NCBI GenBank assembly: GCA_963924565.1
Contig: OZ004607.1
Span: 39,308,001-39,372,000 of the forward strand
DNA from: Ascidiella aspersa
Taxonomy: Eukaryota
Length of the DNA: 64,000 nt
Direction: 5' to 3'
Both the position numbers and the translations under genes were made by a program. This document shows, in pieces, positions 38,061 to 49,569 of the stretch (positions within the stretch are counted from its first letter, which is position 1; the number at the start of each line of letters is the position of its first letter). Below the pieces are notes generated by a model. The model did not search any database, was not told the origin of the DNA, and worked only from the letters and a program-made list of their open reading frames with translations.

Positions 38061-39219
38061 TTAAACCTTATTAAACGTTTAAGTGCTTGTTGTTAAGTTT
38101 AAAGCTAGGAAATAAAAACTATTACAAATTTATCTGTTTTTGCAAAATATTTTTTATTAAAATACAAACTGGCAAAAGTATCAAAGTAAGTAAGAATAGC
38201 TTGTGAAAATCTAGTTAACTACCAGAATTAGGAATATTCAGGCGTATCATGCAAATATAAAAATGCTTAAATACCGCAAAGAATTATCAATTTCTTAACA
38301 AATGTACCTCTGAAAAATATCACGTAAATACCTACGCAGCCTTTGTAAAAAAGTAGTTAAAACAGTGAACGATGACATCGTGGTTTCGCTAAAAAGTGAG
38401 TAAAGTAAAAAAAAATCGCTTCTATCTCCACAAAAACTTGCACACGCTTCGATGCGCTTAACTGACCAAGTGGATGCAAATCTTTTATTTTAATATTTTT
38501 TGTTAAAGGAGCAGAGTCTTCGAAGCTGGCTTTAAGTACCAACAAAACTGATTGCCTTAAATTAACTTCAACAAAGTCCGAAATTAGAAAAACACCGTTG
38601 TGGGAATGGGGCCGAAGAAATAATACCTAATAGTCAGGAATGATACCCGAATCCGTTAGAATATGACCTGTATCATCATCTAGCAAGAAAAATATCGCTA
38701 CCAAACCCCAAACCCCCGAATTCAAATCCACCTCCAACCCAAAACCACAATTTTACTCAACTATAAAACCAAACTGAACGAGAAACTGCCTTGTGCTAAG
38801 ACAGAGGCGCCCTTTCTTCCCATACCTCTCCATGTAGTTTTAGATGTCATTTATAATTTATTCCATGGGGTTTGGGACTAATTTCGTCAGGTCTACGTAT
38901 TATTCCGACAGGTTTAGGTCGTCTTTTGCAGACGATTTTAGATATTATTCTGTCGTAGATATTACTGCGTATGTGTGGTTGTCGTGGTATCCGGAATGTG
39001 CTTCCATCCGATGTATGGGACATCCCCACGAAAAATCACGTGTAATTTGCATTTTTTGTTATATATCTCTATTAAATAGAGTGAAACAGATTAGGAACAA
39101 AAGTTAGTTTGATAAATTTTAGATAAATGTACACCTGTCCTGTTGTTTGTGTATAAACAAACGAAAATAAAGGCTGATATTACCAAAGTTGTAGTGAAGT
39201 CAATCATTGTGCTTTAAAC

Positions 39220-39600
39220 CAATGGATCTCAAGCTTTTTAGCATACGGACCGGTAAAATTTCAAACCAAGTTTTTAGTTTTGCGGACCGGTGGACTTTAA
39301 AAATCAAAATAAACCCAAAATTTAGTAACGCAACAGTATACAACTAAAACACTTTTTAGCTTTCACATACAACTGGTTTTAATGTTTAACACTTAAACGA
39401 GTTGTAGCCTACTTTCAAACAAACACTTGCAGCATTGTGACGTACAATTAAGTCGAAAGGAGACTATTAACTCTATGTTACGTGACAATGGATAAGCCTT
39501 CAAACTCTTGAATTTCGCAATTGCGACATAAAATTGTAATATATTTTGCGGATCGGCAGGAAAGTTGACGCGGACTGGCGGTTGAGAATGAGAACCACTG
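39220..39600. mobile_element. hAT MITE
   Basis: Termini CAATGGATCTCA / TGAGAACCACTG; perfect TSD CTTTAAAC. Confidence 0.85.
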
Positions 39601-40243
39601 CTTTAAACGACTTCAATTCACTGTTTTACTTGTTTACAACACTTACAAAAAATGACAGCAAAAGAAAAGATAATTTTTGAGATCAAGACAGCAACAAAGA
39701 ATACAGGAAACATGTTGAGAAGGTTTATTTTTGTTTATGTCCTTTAACTGCTTTAAATAAAACCATAATTGACCCAAAAAATACTGTCGATTTTTGTCTA
39801 TTTAATTGCTCACAAACACATTTTACAGCAAACATGTTTATCGGGACAATTTGTAAATAACAAATATCAAAATTTAACCATAGCCTAAAAAGGTATGGAA
39901 ATATAAATGTAAGTATTGCTTTATCACCATATTCACATTGCTTACAAATTATTTTCAAAATATTGCATATAAAGCCACAATTATTTTAAAATGATGTGTT
40001 TGAGTACTCCACGTTGCAAGCAGAGCTGTATATACTTCATATAAATCAATTTAGCTAAGTTTTTAAATACATCAATTTAAAAAGGTAAATTTGCAAGAAT
40101 TTTCTGTCAACACAAAAGTTTTGAAGTGCATAGATAAATAAACGTATACAACAAAATAAAATAGTCAATTTTCATATAATATATCTTGAAAAACAGATCA
40201 TTCAAAGTCTGTATTTAAAAGTAACACAGAAACATAACCACAT

Positions 40244-40417
40244 TTAGTTCGATTTTGGAGGACTTGAGTCCTCATCAGACTTTTTACTTGGCATTTGTGT
40301 TTTTGCCAAGTCAATGTATGTTTGTATCTTCTTTTGAACATCAGGGATGTCATATTTTTGAGCCACATAAGCACCACAAACAGCACCCAGCGAGAAACTC
40401 ATAAGGAACCTCAACAT
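40244..40417 (-). CDS. STMP1: Short transmembrane mitochondrial protein 1 (C7orf73-like), 57 aa, CDS uninterrupted
   Basis: Hand translation MLRFLMSFSLGAVCGAYVAQKYDIPDVQKKIQTYIDLAKTQMPSKKSDEDSSPPKSN* matches the STMP1 pattern (human [27 protein letters not shown]...). An acceptor TTTACACAG lies ~45 nt upstream (AG at 40463-40462). The ORF is below the track's length cut-off. Confidence 0.9.
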   Translation of the reverse strand: MLRFLMSFSLGAVCGAYVAQKYDIPDVQKKIQTYIDLAKTQMPSKKSDEDSSPPKSN

Positions 40418-40834
40418 ATCCCAATGTAGAAAGGTTTATTCAACTTAAAAAATTGACAAACCTGTGTAAATGAACTTGAATTATTAAAAAACAAAAAAGT
40501 ATTAGGCACTAACTGCATTTGCAGGCAATTTATCTAAATAAATAGCATACTCTAGTTTAAATTAAGCAAAACAACTTGATAAGTCTGTTGACCAATATGA
40601 CATTTAAAGTCACACAAATTTATATAAAAGCAAGACAGGGCTAAAAATGTAGATGTCAAGATTTAAGTTACACATCAGGCAGTCAAGAAACGAACAGAAC
40701 ACCGTTGCCTGCTGAATCCTGTTCATTAAATTAGCTTTGGTAAGACTCAAACCAAATGCTGACATTTTGTGTGTTAAACAGGTCTTGCTGACCCTCGCCT
40801 AACCGACAAAGCTACGCAGGGTTAGTCTTTAGAG

Positions 40835-41124
40835 TAGGGATGTCCAACATTTTATTATAGTGGGCCGCATTGACACTTGGAATAATTTAATGGGCCGCAG
40901 AATCTATTACGTTTAAAGATTAAGTATTGCTCTTTAGAGTTATAACGGGCCTTCAGAGTTATATATATATTTATTTACCCATATTGTACTATTAGTGCGC
41001 CCCTAAAAGCTGACTGGTACATTTTAATTAGGCTAATATTGAACGTTTAAAATACTACTTGGGAGTGAAAATGACTAGCGGGCCGCACCAAAATTTCAGA
41101 CGGGCCGCAGGTTGGACATCCCTG
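40835..41124. mobile_element. hAT (Buster/Charlie-like) MITE
   Basis: TIR TAGGGATGTCCAAC / GTTGGACATCCCTG; perfect TSD CTTTAGAG. Confidence 0.9.
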
Positions 41125-42391
41125 CTTTAGAGGTTAAGCAAATGGGGAACCAGCCCTAGCACTGTTGCCTGCTGCATCCTGTTTAAATTTGCAATTTTAT
41201 TGAATAGGATTACAATCGTAATTATATAATGATAATTATCAGTTCAGATTATGCAACTAAACAGACTGCTTAGTTTTCAGTCGTTATGCTACAAGATACT
41301 GGCAATTGATCTCATAAAAAAACCCTTATGAACCTTTGAGCTCAAAACACACTTGTTTAAAGCGCTAAAAGCGTCAAACACGCACGGTGGTCACATTAAA
41401 TCGTTCATCCAGAACAAGGAGAAAGTTCGTAAAATGTTTTTGTTTTAAAGTTAAGTTTGTCTATTTTTTAACGTTCTTTGAATTAAAACAATAAAGTCTG
41501 TATAAAAATCATCCGAATTTATTGTTTACAGCCCCAAATCGCTGGACTTCACCTTTATCTTTTCACGTGTTATATTTTCTATAATATTAATTGTTCCTTG
41601 CCAAAATTCATGAAGAAGCGTTTGTTGATGTGAGCATGTGACACTTTTATCTAAAGATGTCGATGATATCGGATCATAGCCGATACCAAGTGGTATAATC
41701 GGTATACGTACGAATATACGACTATAGTTATGACGTCAATTGATATCGGGCAGCTAAAGTATTTACCGTACCTAACAGATCACTTATGTTTTTAACCCGT
41801 CTATATCCAAGATTCTACGTAATCGTTATATGCTGGCACATTTCTGCAATATATGTTTTATTACATAACAAACCTACTACAAGACAAATATCTTGTCTGT
41901 CCTAGTATTTGGTAAAAAAATGTTCATAAAAGTTAGACCTTAGAAACATTTTAACAGGTGAAACTCCGGACATTTAACTCTATAGATGTTTTTACTGAAA
42001 TAAATAAATTCCTCATTTTCTAAATTTTAAATGTTCACAAAACACCTGTAGATCCTCTCACCAAACAAATAACATGATTTTACAGTGACTATAAAAGTCT
42101 GAAAAAATTGTAATTTATCAAAATATAGAACATACAATGGCCAAATAGCACAAGACACAGACTAAGCCTTTTAGTGTTGAGATACGAAGCAGTACAGACA
42201 TACATAATTGGATTTTCAAGTTTGACACATTTCTTGTTTAAACAAAACATGGGTGCAACATTGGGCAGTAAGACAGATAATGCTAACAGCATAAGTCAGT
42301 GTTTTGAAAATGCTTTTTCAAAAAGTGTTTTAACATTTATACAACCCAAGAAAACAAGGCAGGAAAAAAGCAAAAAAATGAACTTTATCAA

Positions 42392-45300
42392 TTATTCAAC
42401 CATCATTCTCGGAGCGATAGACATAGACATTAGCTCCTGGAAGAGCAATTTACAAGCATATGGCAGTTTGACTTGCGAAATACGAGTTTTGTTTTTACAA
42501 CCTCGACACTCGAATGTGTGCGAGCGAAGATTTGCAATCGCAATCAAGCCGCAAAGGTTACAAACGTGAACTCGATACGGGTCAGAGGCTTCGAACAAAC
42601 GCTCACGGAGAAACTGAGCCGCTCCGTGAGCGATCTGACAATCTCTCTCCATCTCTCCAAACCGAAGACCTCCGTCTCTTGATCTTCCTTCCATAGGTTG
42701 TCGGTTAAGAATCTGCACCGGCCCTCTCGCTCTAGAGTGGATTTTATCGTCCACCATATGCTTCAACCTCTGGTAATAAGTTGGCCCGAAGAATATCTGA
42801 GTGTTCATTTTTCTTCCAGTGTGGCCGTTATACAGCACTTCGTTCCCTCGCTGCTGATATCCATACTCGTACAGCAGGTTTGAAATCTTCTGCACATTAA
42901 CCGTGTCGTTAAACGGGGTTGCGTCACCAATCTCACCCTTGTTTGCAGAAACTTTGCCTTGTAAACACTCGATAAGATGGCCAATGGTCATTCTGGATGG
43001 GATGGCGTGTGGGTTTACGATGATATCCGGCTGTACGCCTTCACAAGTGAACGGCATATCTTCTGCTCTGTAAGTGATGCCACACGTTCCCTTTTGCCCG
43101 TGACGACTGGCAAACTTGTCGCCGATCTGTGGAATTCTCACCGAGCGTACCCTGATCTTGGTGAACTTGTAACCATCCTGATTGATGCTCACCATCACTT
43201 GATCCACGATTCCAGTCTCACTCGTTCGGAGGAAAGTCGAAACATCACGCTTCTTGTACTTTGTGGTCGATCCTTCCAAATCATCCTCATTTTCTGGTAA
43301 CAAAACAGTTTTGCCGATGACGACATCGTCGCCAGAAACACGGATTCCAGGAGAAACCAAACCATCGTCATCCAGTTTATCGTAAATAGCGTGTCTCATT
43401 CCAGAGCAGGTCGCTCTCTCCGGGCGCTCAAAAGTTTCCTCTTGATTGTACGCGCTCTTGTTTTCGGCATCTTTGTACGAACGATAGAACACAGATCTGA
43501 ATAATCCGCGATCAATTGAGCTCTTGTTTACAATAATAGAGTCCTCCTGATTATATCCAGTATAAGAAGCAATAGCTACGATCACATTAATGCCTGCTGG
43601 AAGCTCTCTAAAGCGCAGATACTCCATTGATCGAGTTGTTACCAAGGGTTTTTGAGGGTAGTACAGCACATGGGCAAGAGTGTCCATCCTCACATGGAAG
43701 TTAGTAATGTAAACTCCCATGGCTTGCTTTCCCATGGCACTTTGGTAAGTGTTCCTGGGAGACTGGTTATGATCAGGAAATGGAATAATGGAGGCACAGA
43801 CTCCTAAGATCATGGCAGGGTGAATCTCACAGTGGCTGTAAGTGCTGCAGTATTGTTCCCCCTTATCCTGCAAATCCTCAGGGAACATGGCAAGCATGAT
43901 TGTTTCTTCCTCCAAAGGATCAATGTACTCCACCACGCCGCTAGCAACAAGATCTTGCCAGCTGTAGTTGTTATACTCCTCCTTTAAAAGATCAATGTGC
44001 TGCTTCTTTAGAAGAAGTTTTTGTTCTTCAACAATCAAGAGTGGCCGGCAGATTCTCCCAGCATCCGTGTAAATCCTAATCTCGCGCTCCCTAATGTCGC
44101 GAACCATCGAAACTTCAGACACAATGATGTCCATTTGTCTTCTCAGTTTTCGCAGCGTATTCATGAGCTGCTCCGGGTCACGATGTATTCCAACCCAACA
44201 TCCATTAACGAAGATCTTTGTCGCGTGCGCAATTGCAGAAGGTGAAATCTCCTCTAAGTTTTCCATTGACCATTCCTCCAAGAACTCGAGGATAGGACTT
44301 GGCTGCGATCCAACAGAGATGTAAGCCATCAGAGCAAGGTTTTTCACCAAACCCACAGCATGACCTTCAGGTGTTTCAGCAGGGCAAATCATACCCCAGA
44401 GCGAGTTGTGCAACTGACGCGGTTTAGCGAGCTTACCATCTCTTCCGATTGGAGAGTTAAGTCGCCGAAGATGTGACAAAGTTGAAGCGTATGTGAGTCG
44501 ATTTAACACCTGGGAAACTCCAGCTCTGGCCTGGTGAGCTTTTTTCTGATCTCCCCAATTCCCAGTGGCTAAAGAGTACTTTAATCCATCGGTTATAATC
44601 CTGGTCTTAATTGCAAGCTCAAGGTTAAAATCCTTTCCTCTGTCGATAAACTTTTGTGCATAAAGCCGGACTTCTTTCATTAAATTCTTAAAGAGGCCTC
44701 TGAACAGAAATGCAAGTAACGGACCGGCCAGATCAAGCCTCTTGTTGCCATAGTGATCACGGTCATCCAGCTCTCTTCTCCCGAGAGCTGCGGATAGAAG
44801 TCGATGAACCATGTAGCCAAGGAAGTATGCCTTCTTAGTTTCACAATAATCGCTGATACCAACATGAGGCAACATCTCCTTCTGTAAAATCTCCTTCGCA
44901 TACTTTATCCGCTTTTCTTTGGTAACACCAGGCTTGGCTCCACGGGATCCGATAAAATTGAGGGCAATGTTTTGCTCCTGAATCACAAAAGCCTCATCCA
45001 GTGATGGTTTAACCATTTCCATCATTTCAGGATCGTCAAAATCGTAAATCACGTGCTCGAGAATGTCACGATCCGACACAAACCCAAGCGCACGGAAAAC
45101 AATGATGATTGGGATTTCTTGGCGAATGTAAGGAATGATTGTGGTTATTCTTTGACCAATTGCACTTTTCTTAACTCCCTGCCCACCCCTTGCCAACATG
45201 TTAACCCACATTGAGCTAGTGGGCCTGGAACTATTTTCTAAACAGCTTCTGATTTCACTTGTGAAGGCATACTTTGAGTCTTTCTTTTTGAAGACGTAAA

Positions 45301-45916
45301 CGGTATTGGCAGCCATTTTTTCTTGGGCAATTAAAACCTTTTCAGAGCCGTTAATAATGAAATAACCACCAGGATCAAGTGGACATTCATTTAACTCTGT
45401 CAAATCTCTGTCCGTGAGTCCACTTAGCAAGCAGTAGGTTGAGCGAAGCATGATCGGAATTTTACCGATAAAAGTTTTCTGGTGTTGTGTTTCAATCGGG
45501 TCGCTATTGGCCTTGACAATTGTCTTTGTTATGTCAACGTACAGTGGTGCAGAGTATGTTAAATTCCTCAGTCGTGCTTCGTTGGGCATCATCGGACTCG
45601 GAGCTCCATCTTTTTCCCAATGAGTGGGCTTCGACAAATAGATCTGCTCGAATTTAATGAGGTATTTTGTCGGAGCGCTAACCTCAGTGCTTGTATGCTG
45701 TGCTTCTGCTTGAAGTTCAATGATCGGAGCGTCTTCCACGATCCTCTGTACTGACATTTGGATGAACTCGTCAAATGAGTCGAGTTGTTGCCGTACAAGA
45801 CCTTTTTCGTCGAAGTACGAGCTGATAACGATCCAACACGCCTCCTGCCATAAATCGGGCGAAATCTCATTTTCTTCACCCTGAGTATCCATTTCTTCTT
45901 CGTCATCATACATCAT
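42392..45916 (-). CDS. POLR2B: DNA-directed RNA polymerase II subunit RPB2, single-exon CDS, 1174 aa
   Basis: Full-length uninterrupted ORF with RPB2 motifs ([39 protein letters not shown]-terminal CxxC...CxxC zinc site, [20 protein letters not shown]). Confidence 0.99.
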   Translation of the reverse strand: MMYDDEEEMDTQGEENEISPDLWQEACWIVISSYFDEKGLVRQQLDSFDEFIQMSVQRIVEDAPIIELQAEAQHTSTEVSAPTKYLIKFEQIYLSKPTHWEKDGAPSPMMPNEARLRNLTYSAPLYVDITKTIVKANSDPIETQHQKTFIGKIPIMLRSTYCLLSGLTDRDLTELNECPLDPGGYFIINGSEKVLIAQEKMAANTVYVFKKKDSKYAFTSEIRSCLENSSRPTSSMWVNMLARGGQGVKKSAIGQRITTIIPYIRQEIPIIIVFRALGFVSDRDILEHVIYDFDDPEMMEMVKPSLDEAFVIQEQNIALNFIGSRGAKPGVTKEKRIKYAKEILQKEMLPHVGISDYCETKKAYFLGYMVHRLLSAALGRRELDDRDHYGNKRLDLAGPLLAFLFRGLFKNLMKEVRLYAQKFIDRGKDFNLELAIKTRIITDGLKYSLATGNWGDQKKAHQARAGVSQVLNRLTYASTLSHLRRLNSPIGRDGKLAKPRQLHNSLWGMICPAETPEGHAVGLVKNLALMAYISVGSQPSPILEFLEEWSMENLEEISPSAIAHATKIFVNGCWVGIHRDPEQLMNTLRKLRRQMDIIVSEVSMVRDIREREIRIYTDAGRICRPLLIVEEQKLLLKKQHIDLLKEEYNNYSWQDLVASGVVEYIDPLEEETIMLAMFPEDLQDKGEQYCSTYSHCEIHPAMILGVCASIIPFPDHNQSPRNTYQSAMGKQAMGVYITNFHVRMDTLAHVLYYPQKPLVTTRSMEYLRFRELPAGINVIVAIASYTGYNQEDSIIVNKSSIDRGLFRSVFYRSYKDAENKSAYNQEETFERPERATCSGMRHAIYDKLDDDGLVSPGIRVSGDDVVIGKTVLLPENEDDLEGSTTKYKKRDVSTFLRTSETGIVDQVMVSINQDGYKFTKIRVRSVRIPQIGDKFASRHGQKGTCGITYRAEDMPFTCEGVQPDIIVNPHAIPSRMTIGHLIECLQGKVSANKGEIGDATPFNDTVNVQKISNLLYEYGYQQRGNEVLYNGHTGRKMNTQIFFGPTYYQRLKHMVDDKIHSRARGPVQILNRQPMEGRSRDGGLRFGEMERDCQIAHGAAQFLRERLFEASDPYRVHVCNLCGLIAIANLRSHTFECRGCKNKTRISQVKLPYACKLLFQELMSMSIAPRMMVE

Positions 45917-46018
45917 TTTTGCCTTTACAATGATACTATGACTGAAAAAATCTGTAAGGAGTACATTTCAAAAAATTAATCAATGCCTAAATACAAATAT
46001 TAGCTTTTAACAACAGTT

Positions 46019-46582
46019 GGCGCTGGCTTGGAATCCCACTACAGCATTTAAATTATTAATTTACCTAACTTTATTTGGATTAGTGTTTGGGTTTAAGTAT
46101 TATTATACTTATTCCCCCAGTTTTCAATTTAGACAACTGGTTTCCTAGCTGTATTTTGTTACTGTAAAAAATGTCGTAGGATTCTAGACCAGCAGCTAAA
46201 AGTTTAACCACACTTAAATATGGTTTTATTCCTATACAAGCTTACTGCATAACAGTGGCATTGAACTCTTAAATATTTAAATTGAATTTACTTTGTGCTT
46301 CAAATAGATATTAAAGAAAGCAATTTTAATGCTGTTATTTTTAGTTTTGACAACCCTGAATCAATTCAAAGTCAATTGTAAAAAAATGACAAGCTGATTG
46401 TCCTCCTTGCTACTAAAAAGTTTCACTACAAATACTTTATACTCAAACTTAGACACTGGTCTAGAATCCCACTAATATAATAATAATACTTAACCCTCCA
46501 AAACCAAACTCACACCCTGACCCAAATAATGTTAGTAATATAACCCCCAGACAGAAATTTGGTAGGATTCCAGACCAGCGCC
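46019..46582. mobile_element. Two adjacent GGCGCTGGTCTAGAATCC-type MITEs (46019-46196, 46452-46582); solo terminus at 47044-47067
   Basis: Inverted termini ..CTGGTCTAGAATCC / GGATTC(T/C)AGACCAG; imperfect 8-bp TSDs (CAACAGTT/TAAAAGTT, CAAACTTA/CAAATTTG). Confidence 0.7.
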
Positions 46583-48199
46583 CAAATTTGCCTTGGGACA
46601 TTAATGGTAAGAATGGGGGGCACCTTGACTGGTAAACCTGTTGGTTGTATCGGTGCCTCCCGGCATATTAAATAATCTTATTGCTTGAATTGACATAAAT
46701 GGTAAATTACCTAGTTATGAGTTTATCACAAATTATTAGTAAATCAAGCTATGTGAAAGGTTGTTCAGCTAAAATAGTGTCTTACGTAACACTTGTTAAG
46801 TTATTAATTGTACTGGCTACTACAAGCTCCTAACATACTTTATAGTTCAATTTTTTCAATCTGTTGCATTAATTAAAACTTTCCGCGAACTTTTATTTCG
46901 ACAGTGATATGTAGTACATTTATAAAGTCAAAAATCAAATTATTTTGCACGCATTTGTAAAATAAATTTGCAAATCAGTTGAGGATTGTGTTTCATATAC
47001 GTTTCAACATTTACAAACAAAAGTCAAACAAATACAAAATAAGTGGCGCTGGTCTAGAATCCTACCACAGTTATGAAATCAAGGCACAAAATTTGCCTCC
47101 AATTCTACAACTGCTGCTCCCACCAGCAAGTCTGGCAGAGAATGAATTGTTTTCCAAATTTCAATTAAACTTGCGGCGGTAAATACACCCTATTGACACT
47201 TAATTATTAGGCGAAGCTTATCGCGAAGTAATTGGTCGCCCCAAAAAATGCTGACGCCGCATTTAAAGCAAGCATTATAAATGTGTCGCCGATATTCTGC
47301 CTTGAACATCCCTACTCGAAATGCTTCCCTCCGTTAATTGTACTGTGGGTGAAACTTTATTCACGGCCTTACCTCTTTTTGTATTACCGCGACAATACGA
47401 TGAAATACGATTTGGAGAATATTGGAAACATCGTATTTGGAGAATATTTGCTATTTGCACCTGTTCTGTATGTTACTCCAATCCAACATATCTACACACA
47501 ATTATAAGTTGTGTATAATAATCTAATAACTTATGGCTTTGAAGCGAAGGGGGTTCAAATATGGCGTAGATTTTGGCAAATGATCGAAACATACATTTGA
47601 TCAATAAAAATTTACGTAGATAATGCTTACGGCCATGTTATTACATTTTGGTCAGCTAGCATGTTTAAAAAGTCAATATTTTCATTCTCTCTAAATGATT
47701 TAACGTCTATGGTTTGCTATACTTTTTCCAACTTTTACTGTGTAAATTTTTACCATGCCTTGGTCTGAGCAATCACTGTTGAAACAGAGTTTAAATCTGT
47801 AGTTTTGAGCAATATGCAAACACGTTTATGTGCCTAATAAGCCACGTTTTATATTGAAAGTTTTGCCAATTTAAATCCAATAAACGCAAGATTTATTTAT
47901 TTATGACGCCATGTTATGACGTAGCTTTGTAACGTCGTCGTTAAGAATGCGTTAAACTTAAGCTTTTTGTTGTTGCGGCCCTTGTATAATTATATTTGCT
48001 TAGACCTGGTGTTGATATGTTTGAATGGTGCAACAATTACAACATGTGCTAACAGAGATGTGTACACTGCCTGAAGGATTCGCATTTAAATTTGCGGTGG
48101 TAAAATATTTTGTGTTGTAAGAGCAATAGGTTTTTTTACTTAGAGAGGCCTCTTTATGAAAGGCAAGTCGCATGTGCATAGTTTTACTAGGCAAGCCAC

Positions 48200-48640
48200 T
48201 TCCAACACAAATGTTGCACGCGCGGGACAATAGGGCGCAGCAGGGATGCCAGCAACCGCCTCGTCGCGACGCGAGCTGGACAAAGCAAGCGAATATGAAC
48301 GAATTCTGTATGAAAATTTTTCTGCTGCTAGATGGCTGTCGTTAGCTACAAAGTGCTAAAACGCAATATTTCAGGTTTTTACCCCCCAAGCAAAGGCCAT
48401 TTGGAGTGCAGCCTCATAAACTTTTACAAAGCACCTACATACCACTCTACGCCATGTCTGAAAATTTGAAGGTTCTACGATGTCTACTTTTTCTATAAAG
48501 CTTCGGACAAAACTCGGTCTGAAACAAACCATAGGAAACCATAGGAAACCATAGGAAACCATAGGAAACCATAGGAAACCAAAAAAGAATAACGGCAAAA
48601 ACAAGATATGTCCCGAAAATAAATTTTCGGCCCATATAAT
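48200..48640 (+). mobile_element. Helentron/HINE (DINE-1/CvA-like) non-autonomous element; left boundary uncertain
   Basis: Internal perfect (ATAGGAAACC)5 at 48531-48580, then AAAAACAAG and a terminal stem-loop CCGAAAAT-AA-ATTTTCGG ending in CATATAAT. The same end occurs on the minus strand at 4834-4859. Confidence 0.55.
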
Positions 48641-49569
48641 TTCTACTGAAATCGGCATGTACAAAATTTGGAAGCAGCGCCCCCGGTGGACATCAGTTAT
48701 TTATAAAAGGGGTTGAATTTTTGAAGTTCTTGTAATTCGTTAAGTTGCCTATTTTCCTCGAAAACAAATTTATAGTTAGGAGTTGGTTGTTAAGTTCGGC
48801 GCGCTACCTTTGTTTTTGTCTCAAATATATTTCTGCGTTATATTGTAGCAATACTTGGGAATTGCTGTAAAATTGTGTTAATCAAAGCCCCTATAAAGCA
48901 ACCTATAATGAGGTTTGTTTACGTATACTATATCGTTCCTATTATCACAACCTAAAATAAATCAAACGCAAATGTAGTATATCTGGTTCACTTCTGAAGT
49001 GTGTGTTGTTTAGCCGTCATAAAATTTTGGCTAATTAAAGAAAATTTAGCTGCCACTCCGCAATATGTTTTAACTCAAATCTACGTTATGAAAACCAGCT
49101 TGGCAATATCCCTTTTCTTTCAAGCGTTTTATTTTTTTGCGAAGCAGACATAAAATGCAATTTCTTCTTATATTACATCCAATATATATCTTTTTTTTGG
49201 TTGTTTATAAACTGTTGTTAAATAATTTACATAACACTTCTAAATTTGACCTGTCGTACGTTCTATGTAATTACAATATGTAACTAAAAGCAACTTTAGA
49301 TGAAAGGTTTGGTGATTTTAATCAAAACGATGCTTATTGCAAAAAACTTCGTGTTTTTTACATTTCTGCCGACTAGCAAACTCGAGCTCATTGGCGACGC
49401 TAAGTGGCGATTAGCATGTTGTTTCCTGAGTGACAGATTTCAAAACATTTCACTTTTTCTTGAACTTTTCACGTTATTCACTTTGCATTAAATCAAACAT
49501 TTCAATTCAGTTGGTCACATTTACAGCATCGTCTGAAGCGATTCAAACGCGTGTTATGGTTGCACAGCA

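Noticed and set aside
38350-39030. Moderately GC-rich stretch with protein-like short frames on the minus strand
   Set aside because: Multiple stops and no recognisable domain or splice-consistent model; a TBLASTX search would be needed.
40257-40278. CUGAUGA-GGAC-UCAA-GUCC on the minus strand, resembling a hammerhead core plus stem II
   Set aside because: Not followed by GAAA or a cleavage triplet, and it lies in STMP1 coding sequence; coincidental.
40818-40826. CUAACCCU (telomerase-template-like) near a possible pseudoknot
   Set aside because: Only 8 nt, itself in a predicted stem; no recognisable CR4/5 or H/ACA domain, and a MITE is inserted a few nt away.
42473-45909. Short ORFs overlapping POLR2B in other frames and strands
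   Set aside because: Shadow ORFs of a long coding sequence.
48371-48664. ORFs with repeated GFLWFPMVSY
   Set aside because: Translation of the ATAGGAAACC decamer array; not a gene and not a CRISPR array (no spacers, eukaryotic context).
48674-48690. CAGCGCCCCCGGTGGA, CTCF-like
   Set aside because: One base short of the CTCF core spacing (CAGCGCCCCCTGGTGG).
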